Below the pieces are notes generated by a model, which worked only from the letters and a program-made list of their open reading frames with translations, was not told where the DNA came from and did no database searches. A DNA stretch of 64,000 nt from Naegleria gruberi (lineage: Eukaryota): NCBI GenBank assembly GCA_000004985.1, contig GG738850.1, one strand, 5' to 3'. The translations under genes and the position numbers were made by a program. Below are positions 1 through 11,774 of the stretch, piece after piece. Position 1 is the first letter of the stretch, and every line of letters starts with the position of its first letter.

Positions 1-2801
1 TCAGAGAATCAATAATACTATTAAATTCTCCATCAGCATGTTGTGAGGTAGAAATCTCAATTTCAATACTTTCAGGTGTCTTGTTAACATGATCGCATAG
101 CCTTTGAATTGGTTCATCGTTGATTTGAGAAGGAGAGAGAATGTCATTTGTGTTGAGGAATGGATCTGTCAAAATTGTTGCAGGATCTTCCTGCTCTGGT
201 GGTTTTACATTCTCTTCTTTTATGTCTTCCACAACATATCTCTGGAGTGGGCGTGGGCTACTCTTCTTAATTTGCTTGTCAAGGTCATCCTCATCGTCGA
301 ATAAACTGTTGGATCCTGATGCGGATGAGTGTGAAAATACAAACGTCTCAGGACTAATACTAATCTTCTTTTCAAATTCATTCTCTGAAAAGGATGTTTC
401 AAATAGCTTTTCATATTCTCTTCGTTTTTCGGGACTAGTTACTGATATTTCCTCAATATTATATTGTGGCACTATTGTATAGTTAACATGGGGAGATTCA
501 TAATATTCTGTACGAGGTATGTCCTCTAGCTTAGTTTTCTTTGTTTGTTGCTCTATTCCTTCTGTTCTATCCGGTGCTATTTCGGATGGATATTCATCCA
601 ATGTTGGAGGGTTTGAGGCATTTGTGGAAAGGTTGTGTTGGGGTGTAATACGAATGAGTATTTGTCCTGTTTTTTCTTGCCTAGAACTGTCATACAGGTT
701 ATACCAACCACAAATATCAGACGAGTAAGAAAGAGGAGAAACATCAATACATGCCTCGCCCACCAATGTAACTCTTCTATTTACAATATCATGAATTTGA
801 AGGGTTATTTCATAATTAAATTTGGAAATATCTTTTCCAATAGTAATGGTTGTGAAATTTTTGGATAGCAATTCTTGTTCCATTAATTTTTCAACTCTTC
901 CCATCAATATCGAAAACATTACTTGAAAAGGTTAGAGATCTCTATCAATTTGGTAACTTACATTTTCCTTCGAATTCAATATCATGAATTCTCTCGATTG
1001 TTATTTTCACATCCCCATTGAACTTAAAAGATTTTGTCATGTTTGATTCTTTTGTTGAGGACAATTTTGGGGACAAGGTAGTGTTTTGTTTCTTTTCCAT
1101 AGTGACTACATTATTTTGTTTCAAGTCACCAAGTGCTTCCTTCATTTCTCGAATATCCTTCCCAATCTGAGTTAATTGTTGCCTGTAAATTTTCTCTAAT
1201 TTTCCAAAGGCACAAGTGAGGGCTACAAACGAACTTGTATTCTTAGTCTCATTATCAGATAAATAATTTACAAGATTTTCACCCTTCTTGTGTTGAAGGT
1301 CTTTTTCCCTAGATTCCACCATAACCTTTTCTGGTGATGCTCGCTTTTTAGTTTTATCATTCAGTAGAGAGGCTAGCATTATGCTCTCCTCATATATGGA
1401 ATCCGTAGTCGTGTTATTATTGTTTTCCTTTGGTTGTTCTGATATTGAAGATCTATTGTGGGAAGCCTGTATTTGCTCCTCTTCAACCTTATTAACATAG
1501 GCCACAAGGATTGGATTCAAACCTTCCTTTTCAGCCTTTCTTTCCTCCTCGGTTAGTTTTCTATAGTACATGGTTGATGAGTCCAGTGAGTGAAAGATTG
1601 GTATTTTCATTAAGTTCAAAGCACTTGGTCTTTTTGCTGGATTGTATTCAAACATGCAAGCCAGTGTTTGTAATGCTATTCCAGAAATTTCAAAATAGGG
1701 ATTGGAGGTAAGGAACCCCTTGAGAGCTGCCAATTTGTTAATCTTGATATTCTTTTTAGCAAGAGCAGCAAATAGCCGATTTTCCCAAACATACTTTGGA
1801 GTTTCAGCTCTATTATCTGATGAACCATACCCCAGCACTGAAATAGTATTGGTCACTTGATCTTCTAACGTTTTGGCGCTAAATAATGGATATGGAAGAA
1901 CCATTTCAGCAAATATGCAGCCAGCAGCCCAAATATCAACTTCTAGAGAATTAACAAAATTATGTTTCAGCTCTTTGTAAACTTTCTTCTTGTGTTTCGT
2001 CATTTTGTAAATGTCAATATCGTTACAAAGCCTGAAAACAAACTCTGGGGGCGAGTACCAAATCTGATTTTCAAAGAATTCCTTCACCACTACCTTGTTG
2101 TTCTCAGTGAATTTGACAGTGTATGGATCGATATGACTTTCTCCAAGTGGTTCATCAATGTACTTTCTTAAAAACTCAAGCTTGTCAATAATAAACGGCC
2201 TCATTGAAACCTTTCTAGTCCTCTTATTAATTAGAATGTTGCATGGCGAAAGTGAAAAGTATGGCTCTCCTAGTGCATGCAGTATTCGACAACTCTCCAA
2301 ACAACAAGTCATTATTGAGAAAATTAGACTATTTTTCAGTGGTTGATGTTCCTTAGTATTCCTAGATCTGTTCTTGTACAGCAAGTATCGTAACGATACA
2401 ATATCATCCAATTGTTCCACTGTACAAAAGTATTTATCTGTGTATTTAGAATTCTTCTCAATTTGTTCAAAATAAAAACAATCCAATAAATTAACAATAT
2501 CCTTCTCTCGCAAAAATAATAAACAATCAATCCTCTCATGAATATCCTTGTATTTGGAGTAGAGTTTTTCATCTTCCGAAGTATATTTTTCATGATCATA
2601 TGAATAAAGATATTGTTTGGTAATCAAGTAATGCGGTCTCTTCCGCTTTCGTTCGTCTCTATGTTTCCTATATGAAACTTCATCGCTTAGTTTCAAACAT
2701 ATGAATTGATGATCACTCAAAGTTTGAATGACCTCATATTGGTTCATTTTTTTGAGTATGAAATTGTTTTTATTTGGGCGGGAATACTTCAAACCCGCCA
2801 T
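1..2801 (-). CDS. CMGC/CDK-like kinase-like protein (probable pseudokinase) fused to a C-terminal C2-like domain. Two exons, 2801..962 and 921..1; the 3' end runs off the window.
   Basis: ORF 945..2801 carries a CDK/MAPK C-lobe (WYSPPE, DIWAAGCIFAEM, YNPAKRPSA), but HRD and DFG are degenerate. Its TGA sits inside a 40-nt GTAAGT..CTCTAAC..TTTTCAAG intron. Splicing joins it in frame (phase 1) to an uninterrupted minus-strand frame from 921 to 1, which the ORF track omits because it has no stop in the window. The join reconstitutes a single C2-like domain across the junction. ATG at 2801..2799. Confidence 0.6.
922..961 (-). other. spliceosomal intron (40 nt) joining the kinase-like exon to the C2-domain exon
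   Basis: Minus-strand GTAAGTTACC...CTCTAAC...TTTTCAAG. The in-frame stop of ORF 945..2801 is intronic, and the frame is preserved across the junction. Confidence 0.55.
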
Positions 2802-3410
2802 TTCATCTACATTTCTGTTTGTTTGATGGCAGGAAATTAAACAGCTAAATAGCTTTGGAAATTATTGGTAACATAATATTTTGAATAGAAGCAGTGAGAT
2901 TTCTTAAATACTGTAACAGCCTTAATGACAATCTAGTCGACAAATCCCCGAAATAACAAATCAACTTCTTCCTCAAACAAGAAGTCATCTTCCTCATGAA
3001 AATAACAATACGGTTGAGCCAGGATAATAATTTAAAGCTTCCTCCTTTCGGACCAAGATTAATAATGTCAGGTGAACTCTTTGGCCAACTTTCCTTCATA
3101 GCATTGAGTCATATTTAATATTATTATTCTAGCTTGGCCGGTGATGATGAATAAAAGAATCCTTTTCACAATCGTCATCGCTATGCAGGTGATGGAAAAA
3201 CGTAAAAAAATATTTCCACCATCCTGTAACAACCAATATCAGAGGCTGCTTGTTTTTCATCAAGCGACAACAACATTATCGGTTTGCAATTCTCAGATTG
3301 CGTCATCTTGCCTCTTCTTTAACCCAACAAAATATATTAAATTTTTTTAGGTCTCTTTTCTAACCAAAGTTAGGAGATTCAATGGTTGGATTTTTTCAAG
3401 TCTTTTAAAA

Positions 3411-6331
3411 ATGTTTAATGACCATCATCAAATGGCATTCCGATTGGAAGATTCAGAAGGTTTGAATAGACAACAACCTCATCAACAGTTCATGTCCTCG
3501 TTCCAAGTTAATTCTCCAAGTTTTTCCTCTCCGACTCAAATTAGTCCGTCTACTAATTCTTTCCTTCATCCTCAAGAGGTTGTTAATATTCCATTATTTG
3601 ATGCCAATACTCAGGAAACTAATGGAACAAATCAACCAAATGTTGAGAAGAAGGTAAAGAAGAAGAAATCAATTCAATCCTTACCTCAACTTTCCACTAC
3701 CACTGAAAGTACAGAGGCTCAACTGTCTCCTATGGCATGTCAACATTGCAGGTAAGTAGTGGTTGACATAATATGATGACATTCAATTTCAACCTATTAT
3801 CATCAATATTCTCTAGGTCTTTGCATAAAAAGTGTGATAGAACTTTACCAAATTGTTTGAGATGTCTCCAAACAAATCACCTATGTTTTTACCCGGATAA
3901 AAAGAGGAAAAAATCGGAAAGTTTAGACAGTTTGGATTCACAACATAAATCACCAACAGGTACTCAACCACACCAAGAACCAAAGAAGAAAAAGAAGTCA
4001 AATGAACAACAACATCATAATAGCAACAACCAAATGAATAACAATCCAATGATTAATCAACTATTTGGTCAATTGGGTGGACATGTGAATAACCAAATGA
4101 ATAATCAAGCAAACAATCAGATGAATAATCAACAATCTCAAATGAATATTACAGCCGATAATTTTTCCCAAAACCTTCAACAATTAGCCCAAAATATGGG
4201 TCTAGGATTGGGTCACGACATGAATGAGGCAAACCCTATGAATCCTCTGTCCTTAGGTTTACTTTCCTCCAAAATATCTTCACTCAATACTTCCACTCAG
4301 TTGCAATTGCTCAACATGGCAGCTAATGCCTTGTCAGGCAATACCAACTCTCTTAATAACCTCATTTCAAATATACCAGCAGGAATATTGTCGGCATTCA
4401 CTGGTGGGGCAAGACAAACCCCAAATGTGGAATCTGTTACTCCTCTTGTAGCCGTTCAAAATTCTGCTGGTCATTTCCAACATTCTGTTAAACCAATTAC
4501 GGCATTTGTATTGGATATTTATTTCCATACTTATAGTTTTGGATTCCCGTTGATTCCAAAAGAGAGAATGTCAGCCCTATTGGATTTGGTGCTGTTAAAA
4601 CAACAACAGCAATTATCATCTACAGTTGAGATGCAACAACATTGCTCTATTCAAATCAAGACATTCTATGAAAGAGTTGCCAAGCAGTTCTGGTCTTCAG
4701 CTGTTGATATGGAGAAGGATCTTGCAGTATTTTTTGCAGTGTTAGCAGCAACACTTCAATGTTCTGGAAACTTTGTCTATCAACAGTACAAGAATTGTGC
4801 AAACCATTTGGATTTAATTTCATCTGCAGGAGCTGCAATTAATCTTCACCAAATTGGTTCACAATACGAATCTCCATTGGAAAATACTATGGGAGGTAGT
4901 TCTATAAATGGTACAGACTCACCACATGATGATTTATTCATTCAAGACCTTAAGAATAAGTGGTTCAACAATTCAAAGAATATCATTGGTAAATATTTCG
5001 ACGATTTGGACAGCATGTCAATTCCTATTGCTCTTACATTTTTGGTTTACTATCTTGTTGGTGAAGGTGAGCTTCAAAGAGCCAGAATGTACACGAATAT
5101 GGTTGAAAACTTGTGTCAAAAAGTATGGAGTTCAATGAATTGTTTTGGTATTGGCTCTAGAGGTTTTGTAAATGGCTCCAAACCAGTTGTGAGTACACTC
5201 TCCAAAATATCTGGTTCTGGAGGTGCTTCCAGTATCATGTACGGCTTACCTGCCCTTCTTGTTCACAGGTATTTAAGACCTATTGAAATCTTTTTGGCCG
5301 AATTTGAGGAACCAACAAATTCACTAAAAAGAAAGCTGCAAAACATTGGAAATAAGATTAGAATAGATTTGACATTTATTGAAGACTGGGAAAATATTAA
5401 GGATCATGAATTGGAAGAATTAGAAAGATTAATCAAATTCCTAAACAAGTATATTGATTTGCTATTCTCTACCATGATGAATAAGGAATCAATGTTATAC
5501 ATTACAAGCCATTTAACCTTCCATGATGTTGTTATGGATGTTTATAAGCGTGCACAAACAAAGAATGTAGATTCACTCCTCAGATTTGCTGCAGAGGTTA
5601 TTGAAATAACTAAAATCCCTCTATTCACCTTCCTTCCAACAGCCTTCATCAATACTATAATGAAGGCCGTGCAAGTTAGACTTGCCTATGGGAAGCCTTC
5701 AGAAAATCCAAATATCAATTTGAGAGATGACATGGCAGCCCTCAAACTTCTCTCAGCTAAATATCCAGTCATTACCAAACTCTTCGGTGATACTATAAGA
5801 GAAGTAGAAACAGTTCTCTATCTTCAATCCTTTTCTCATTCTAGTATTATGCGTCATATTTTACCAGAGCAACCTTACACTCAAACTACCACAAACAATA
5901 ACAGCAATTCCTCAGAGTTTGATTTTGAAGATAATAATTTTGATATTTTGAACTTTTTGAATGGTGAACCATCACACGGAATGTCTGGCGTGTCTGGAAT
6001 GAATTTTGATGATGAATTGATTGGAGAAATCTTTGGCTTTTCAAACTTGGACAATGAGAGTACAACTTCGAATACCAGTTGCGAATCCATTTTCATTGAT
6101 GGAGAAAAACTTGAAATTCCTTCATGTGTTAAATCAGGTTCTTTCCTACCAATTCTGATTAAAAATCTTAGTAAGCAAAAAGAAGTTTTGCTTCAAAATG
6201 ATCCAAACAAATCAGAGATAATCAAAATGTTGAGAACTCAACTCATTGATGAACTCACACAACATGTAGGAACTGATGAAAATACCAAGCTACTCATTCA
6301 ATTATTTACAAAGAGTTACGTACACAAGTAA
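3411..6331 (+). CDS. Zn(II)2Cys6 (Gal4-type) fungal transcription factor, two exons (3411..3751, 3817..6331)
   Basis: Spliced product reads MACQHCRSLHKKCDRTLPNCLRCLQTNHLC, matching C-x2-C-x6-C-x6-C-x2-C-x6-C with the conserved Pro before Cys4. Downstream is a long region with fungal-specific-TF-like middle homology and an N/Q-rich tract. A 65-nt intron (GTAAGT..TCTCTAG) links ORF 3411..3755 to ORF 3773..6331 in frame. Confidence 0.75.
3752..3816 (+). other. spliceosomal intron (65 nt) inside the Zn2Cys6 DNA-binding motif
   Basis: GTAAGTAG...TTGACAT..TCTCTAG. The stop of the upstream ORF lies in the intron. A split Arg codon (AG|G) immediately follows Cys2. Confidence 0.7.
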
Positions 6332-6870
6332 TACCTACCAATAAAAACTAGTAGATGAAGATAAACATATTAATTTTTATTTTACATAGCGGTAGGGTTG
6401 AACTCAAAGTTAATATTTTTAGAATATTCTCAATCAATTGTTAAAATATTCAAACACAGATGCAATGAATAATTGAATAAGATCCTCATTCTTCAAATTG
6501 CACAAAAGTGATTGAAAAAAAATGCAACAACTAAACGAAGAAGAACCTGCGGAGAATTTTAAAGATTTGATGGAGACTTCTTCCACTCCTCCATTAGACA
6601 GAGAAGTAACAACCAATGAAACAGTAATAGAATCTACAGGAGTAGGAGATGCAGGAGATGAAAAACCAATTGGAAATGCAAAAAGATGGTGGAGAAAGGC
6701 AGCAACGATTCCGATTTTAAAACATTTTGTCTTGTTTTTGCAAACATATGGTACCTTGTTTTTATTTAATCATGCGTATCGGTCGTTGTTTTTTATGGTA
6801 GGTGATTAGAATTGCAATTGAATTATAATTTGTTCAATATTTTCAATGATTTTGTGAATTTTGTGTCAAA

Positions 6871-8688
6871 ATGGGAAAGAATTTAATTTCTGGTATTGGA
6901 AATTTCTTTTCAGAGATTGCAATTGTTAGTTTAATTGAAGGTGGAATGCATAATTCGACGATATCTAATTCAACACTTTCGAATTCGACAAATTTGGTGA
7001 ATAGGACGAGTATTGATTTTGGTTTTCACTCAACCAGCTTTTTAACAAGATTATTAGTGACCAGTAATGATGCAATTTACAAAATTACTCAAGAATATGA
7101 TGTTCCTTCAGCTGCCGAATCTGAAGCTTCAGGAAGTGCTGTTTCTGGAATTTTTATTTCACTTCTTTTACCTGCAGGTAAGAAATTTCACACAATTTTG
7201 AATGTTAATTTGCTGATCATTTTTCTAACTATTATTAATTATTCAACAACAGTCATTTTAATGCCAATTACTGGAATTGTGGCTGACATGTTTGATAGAA
7301 GAAAAATTCTTTTGATTAGTGATATTTTAAGAGGATTTATTGTTTTACTGTTTTTGGTAGCTTATTTTATAGGAGTTGACCAAGTACAATGGTTAGTCTA
7401 TCTAACAATTGTATTGCAATATTCGTGTGGCAGCTTTTTTGAACCTTCTCGTGAAGCACTCGTCCCATTAGTGGTCAAACAGGAAGATTTACCAATTGCC
7501 AATGCATTGGATTCATTGTGCTGGCTTGCTGTTAGTTTCTTGGGAAGTTCAGTTGGTGGAATTGTTGTTGCATTGCTTGGTGTTGTTGTGAATTTTGCAT
7601 TTGATAGTTTTTCATTCTTCTTATCTGGATTTTTCTGTGTTCTCCTTTTCAAGTATAAACATTTGGGAATAAGTGGAATTGAGGAAAGAAGAAGACAAGA
7701 ATTGAAAGAATTGAAAAAGAAGGAACAAGAATTGAATAATACTGAATCAATAACTTCAAATAATCAACAAGAAGTAACTGGAGATTTGGTCATTCACTCA
7801 AGTGAAGCCAATTTGGAAGATGATGAAAAGGTCAATAGAAAGAAAGAAAAGAAGGAGGAAAAGAAGAATATGCTTGAAGAGGATCAATCACCTTCCGTCA
7901 TTGAAACAAAACCAGTCTCTGAGAACTTTCTAGTTCTCTTCTTCAAGGCCATCAAGAATCATCTTGTAGAGTTAGTGAGAGGTGTTGTTTTCTTCTCTAA
8001 GAATCCACTCATTTTCACATCAACTATTGTGAAGGGAAGTGGTGCATTCTTTTGGTTCAGTTGTGAGCTCATTCTCATCAGATTGAGTTATGGATTATTC
8101 GCAGGAGATAATAAGAAAATGGGCGGCTTGTACATGGGTATTGCAAAGTGTTTCTCTGGAATAGGATCAGGAGTTGCTCCAGTAATTTTGGAACGTCTCC
8201 TTCCTAAAAAGTATTCCACTAGAACTCTGAGAGGTATTCTGACCTGTGCCTCTTTTGGATTTCCAATCTGTTTCACATGCTACTATTTTTCAATCTTATT
8301 AGCCAATGATCCATCCACAAGAGATTTAGGATTTGCAGGTGTTTGTCTATCTTCACTAATTTTGGGAACATCTGGAGGAACCTTGTGGAGTTTCTCCATT
8401 ACTCACCTCCAAATGGTTTGTCCAAATGATTATTTGGGAAGAGCTTTTGCTATTGATCTTGGATTCTTCTTGAATATGGCTGGAATTACTTCAATAGTAT
8501 TGTATGGAACTATTTTGGATGATATTTTCAAATTTGAGCCAGCTCATATGGCACTATTCGAATTGGGATCAAGTTTAGTTTTATGTGCATTGTTTTCTCT
8601 TTGGTTCTTTATCTTTAGAAAGAATGTAGTGACGAGAGAAGATCACTTGGCATCGAATAAACAAGATGAGGAAGTACATAATCCTTAG
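6871..8688 (+). CDS. major facilitator superfamily (MFS) transporter
   Basis: Multiple predicted TM helices and the motif-A-like loop GIVADMFDRRKILL between TM2 and TM3. A charged central loop is followed by six more hydrophobic segments. ATG at 6871. A possible upstream exon (6522..) is discussed in findings. Confidence 0.6.
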   Translation: MGKNLISGIGNFFSEIAIVSLIEGGMHNSTISNSTLSNSTNLVNRTSIDFGFHSTSFLTRLLVTSNDAIYKITQEYDVPSAAESEASGSAVSGIFISLLLPAGKKFHTILNVNLLIIFLTIINYSTTVILMPITGIVADMFDRRKILLISDILRGFIVLLFLVAYFIGVDQVQWLVYLTIVLQYSCGSFFEPSREALVPLVVKQEDLPIANALDSLCWLAVSFLGSSVGGIVVALLGVVVNFAFDSFSFFLSGFFCVLLFKYKHLGISGIEERRRQELKELKKKEQELNNTESITSNNQQEVTGDLVIHSSEANLEDDEKVNRKKEKKEEKKNMLEEDQSPSVIETKPVSENFLVLFFKAIKNHLVELVRGVVFFSKNPLIFTSTIVKGSGAFFWFSCELILIRLSYGLFAGDNKKMGGLYMGIAKCFSGIGSGVAPVILERLLPKKYSTRTLRGILTCASFGFPICFTCYYFSILLANDPSTRDLGFAGVCLSSLILGTSGGTLWSFSITHLQMVCPNDYLGRAFAIDLGFFLNMAGITSIVLYGTILDDIFKFEPAHMALFELGSSLVLCALFSLWFFIFRKNVVTREDHLASNKQDEEVHNP

Positions 8689-8874
8689 AATAGGATTTTT
8701 GAATTTCAACCGCATATTTTCTTAATTTCATTTCCTGATAATATTAATATTCACATTAATAACAAGTTTTTAAGGTTTTTAAATTTTGGCTACACAATTT
8801 CGAATGAGGCAGATTACAAAAATTATTCACTATTTGCAACAAACACAAACTACACACAGTTAATAATAAATTAT

Positions 8875-9891
8875 TTACTCTGGATCTACAGCACTAGCTC
8901 GAATCTTTTTGAGTAATTTGTTTGTTACTGAATCAACTGTTCCAACACTTCTCCATTCAGATTTGAATTTACATCCATTTCTGTAGGCACAAATTCCAAC
9001 CATTCCTTCAATTTCATCGTCGTCAGCAGTTGATGTCTTCAAACATGGAGCAACCAATTGACATCCATAATAATAATATTGAGAGGTGCAACCAGTGTAG
9101 AGAGCTCCAATGCCTGAATATTCCTTCATACAGTCAACTCTGCAAGCAACACATTTGGAAGAGGTGCTGCTACTAGTGCTACTTGTTGAAGTTTTTTTAG
9201 TTTTCTTCAATAATTTGTTCATGGAAGAAACTAATCTATTGGCTAATCTTTTACCTAATCTTTTACCGAATTTTTTCAAGATGGATTTCTTTGCTTTCTT
9301 ACTCTTTCTCTTTGTAGATTTTGCAACCTTTGAAGCAGATTTAAGAGTTTGAGTGGCACCTGTCACAGTACTTAGCGAACTACCATCAAATTGACGTCTA
9401 GATTCCAATTTACTTTTTGTTGGACCAGTATATCCATTGAAAGTTTGAACAGAATTTGCAATAATTTGAGCAGCCTTTCTTCTTCTGAAAACACCTGTCA
9501 ATTTTTTAACAAGTTTGACAGCTGCTTTAACCACACGTCCAACAGCACGACCAATTCTTCTAACAACACGTCTAAGTCTTCTAAAGGCTCTTCTGAATCT
9601 TCTACCAAAACGTAAAGTATTCACTTGTTCACTAGTTACCTCATGAAAATATTCCAAATCTTCTTCATCTAATTCTTCCTCAGTTGACAATGTTAAATGA
9701 GCAGATAAGAGTTCAGATTCTAATAATTCTTCAACATGAGCTGCTGAAAGTGTGGTGGTACGTTTAGAAGATGATGAAGATGTATCAGATGGTGATCTAC
9801 ATGAGGAACTTGTTGCTTTCGAAAAAGTGATAACGAAAGAAAGCAATAGAATGAGAATGCATGCAAAATATAATGAATGTTTTGTGTGCAT
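8875..9891 (-). CDS. secreted polycationic Cys-rich prepro-protein, tandem family member 1
   Basis: ATG at 9891 (the track started at an upstream TTG). Signal peptide MHTKHSLYFACILILLLSFVITFSKA, then a conserved TSSSCRSPSDTSSSS-KR propeptide, an acidic helix, Arg-rich repeats (RRFRRAFRRLRRVVRRIGRAVGR) and a C-terminal 8-Cys domain (CVACRVDC..YYYYGCQ..PC..GICAYRNGCKFK). It is paralogous to the next two genes. Confidence 0.6.
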   Translation of the reverse strand: MHTKHSLYFACILILLLSFVITFSKATSSSCRSPSDTSSSSSKRTTTLSAAHVEELLESELLSAHLTLSTEEELDEEDLEYFHEVTSEQVNTLRFGRRFRRAFRRLRRVVRRIGRAVGRVVKAAVKLVKKLTGVFRRRKAAQIIANSVQTFNGYTGPTKSKLESRRQFDGSSLSTVTGATQTLKSASKVAKSTKRKSKKAKKSILKKFGKRLGKRLANRLVSSMNKLLKKTKKTSTSSTSSSTSSKCVACRVDCMKEYSGIGALYTGCTSQYYYYGCQLVAPCLKTSTADDDEIEGMVGICAYRNGCKFKSEWRSVGTVDSVTNKLLKKIRASAVDPE

Positions 9892-10163
9892 TTTTTTTAT
9901 GTGGATAATAGGCAAAGAAAACAACTATGTTGTCGGCTATTTGTCCATTTATAATGTTGCAATAATTTCGCTTCACTTGCCAAATGTTGATGTGACATGA
10001 CAGTTTGCAGAGATGTATTTAAATTCGAATCGATTAATAAAAGAATTTGCTTATTTGGTTTCGAATAGGATTAGATGCAACACAATGTTACAATTGTTTA
10101 CAAAAATTGTATTCGAAACTTTGAAAATCAAACAAAAAAATGCATAAACTGGTTAAATTGCAT

Positions 10164-11366
10164 TTACTCTGGATTCTGTCCAGCACCACGAATTCTACCA
10201 ACCAATTTATCAGCAACAAGTTGATTATCAGAAACTTCTTTCCATTCTCCCTTAAACTTGCAATCATTTCTATAAGCACAAATTCCAATCATTCCTTCAA
10301 TTTCATCATCTGAGGCAGTTGATGTTTGGAAACATGGTTTAACAGCTTGACATCCATAATAATAATAACGTTGTCCACATGATGAGAACATGGATCCATC
10401 AATGGTTGAATATTCCTTTAAACAATCAACTCTACAAGCAACACAATTGACTGGATGATTACCATCATTGGCATTACTCTTTTCCAAAGCTTCCATCTTG
10501 GATTTCAAAGATCCCTTAACCTTATCAGCTGCCTTCTTTACTCTTCCAGCAATTCCCTTAATTCCTTGACCAATCTTGGTAAAGATACTTGTTCTTCTTC
10601 CTCTTCTACTTCTTCCAACAGCAGCTGGAGCATTAACTGGTGCAGCAACTCTTCTTCTTCCAATTCTTCCAATTCTACCAATTCTTCCTCTAGCAACAAA
10701 TGCTGGTTGAGAAACTGGTCGAGAAACTGGAACTCTGAATGGTTTTGTTGAGACAATTCGATTATTATTGACAATTGGCATTAATACTGCTCTTCTTCTA
10801 TGACTTCTTCTTCTTCTAAAGAATCCCAAAGTAGTGGCAGCAGAAGCAACAACAGCAGCAGTTCTCTGAGCTCCACCTCCAACGAATGGTCTTCTCAATT
10901 CCAATGCTTCTCTATTAGGTCCAGTAAATCCATTGAAATCCTTCACTGAATTCATAATAATTTCTCTGGCACGTCTTCTTCTGAAAATACCACCAATAGC
11001 TCTGAAAGCTCTTCCAATGGCACGTCCAATTCTTCTGACGATTCTTCCAATTCTTCTGAATAATCTTCTGAATAGCAATGTATTATGAACATGTTCAGTT
11101 GTTAATTGTGTAAAATATTCCAAATCTTCTTCGGTGAGTCCTTGTTCAGCAAGAGTAACATGTGCATTCAATAACTCTGCTTCGATCAATTCGTTTAGTT
11201 CAGTTTCGAGTGTTGCAGCAGCTCCACGTTTACCAGATGATGAGGAAGTATCAGATGGTGATCTACATGAAGAACTTGTTGCCTTGATTGACTGATTGCT
11301 CAAGATGAACAACACGACAAGAATCGAAACCAAGAGAAGTGAAATTCTGGAAAAGTTTGTTTTCAT
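10164..11366 (-). CDS. secreted polycationic Cys-rich prepro-protein, tandem family member 2
   Basis: ATG at 11366 in an A-rich context. Signal peptide MKTNFSRISLLLVSILVVLFILS. Same SSSCRSPSDTSSSSGKR motif, acidic helix, RRIGRIVRRIGRAIGR repeats, GRIGRIGRIGRRR tract and conserved C-terminal Cys domain ending GQNPE. Confidence 0.6.
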   Translation of the reverse strand: MKTNFSRISLLLVSILVVLFILSNQSIKATSSSCRSPSDTSSSSGKRGAAATLETELNELIEAELLNAHVTLAEQGLTEEDLEYFTQLTTEHVHNTLLFRRLFRRIGRIVRRIGRAIGRAFRAIGGIFRRRRAREIIMNSVKDFNGFTGPNREALELRRPFVGGGAQRTAAVVASAATTLGFFRRRRSHRRRAVLMPIVNNNRIVSTKPFRVPVSRPVSQPAFVARGRIGRIGRIGRRRVAAPVNAPAAVGRSRRGRRTSIFTKIGQGIKGIAGRVKKAADKVKGSLKSKMEALEKSNANDGNHPVNCVACRVDCLKEYSTIDGSMFSSCGQRYYYYGCQAVKPCFQTSTASDDEIEGMIGICAYRNDCKFKGEWKEVSDNQLVADKLVGRIRGAGQNPE

Positions 11367-11774
11367 TTTTTTTAGATGATAACTTGTCGGTTTATTCGGT
11401 CAGGTCATTACTGCAATGAAACAAGTCAACAATCATCGTAATATTATTGAGTGAATTATAATTGACGAGTGAAGTTTAGTTGCACATTAAGTGCTTAGTA
11501 TTTAGAGTTGTATTTTGAGAATGTTTGTAACTGTTTGGTTATGAATCGGGTAGAATGTAACGATGAACGATATTATAATCATTGTTGATTGGTTGTTACA
11601 AGGTCAGTTTGTTACAACCATTATTCGAAAGTCAAGTTTAAAAAAATTAATGACAGCTAATGTGGAATGTTTCACAATATTAATGATCTGTTTAAATAAC
11701 AACATGTTGTGAGATAGCACTTGAAGTTTCGATTAAAAGAAAGATTTCGAATAGAGCATAACAAGGTAAATTAT

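Noticed and set aside
141-868. Plus-strand ORFs at the window start (104..304, 141..482, 519..728, 635..868)
   Set aside because: The translations are low-complexity and non-protein-like. The minus strand carries a long open frame with protein-like sequence that connects by splicing to the kinase-like gene.
7178-7252. In-frame 75-nt GTAAGA..TTCTAAC..ACAG intron-like segment inside the MFS gene
   Set aside because: Removing it would delete predicted TM1/TM2 sequence and leave the motif-A loop without preceding helices. The segment encodes a plausible hydrophobic stretch, so the resemblance is likely coincidental.
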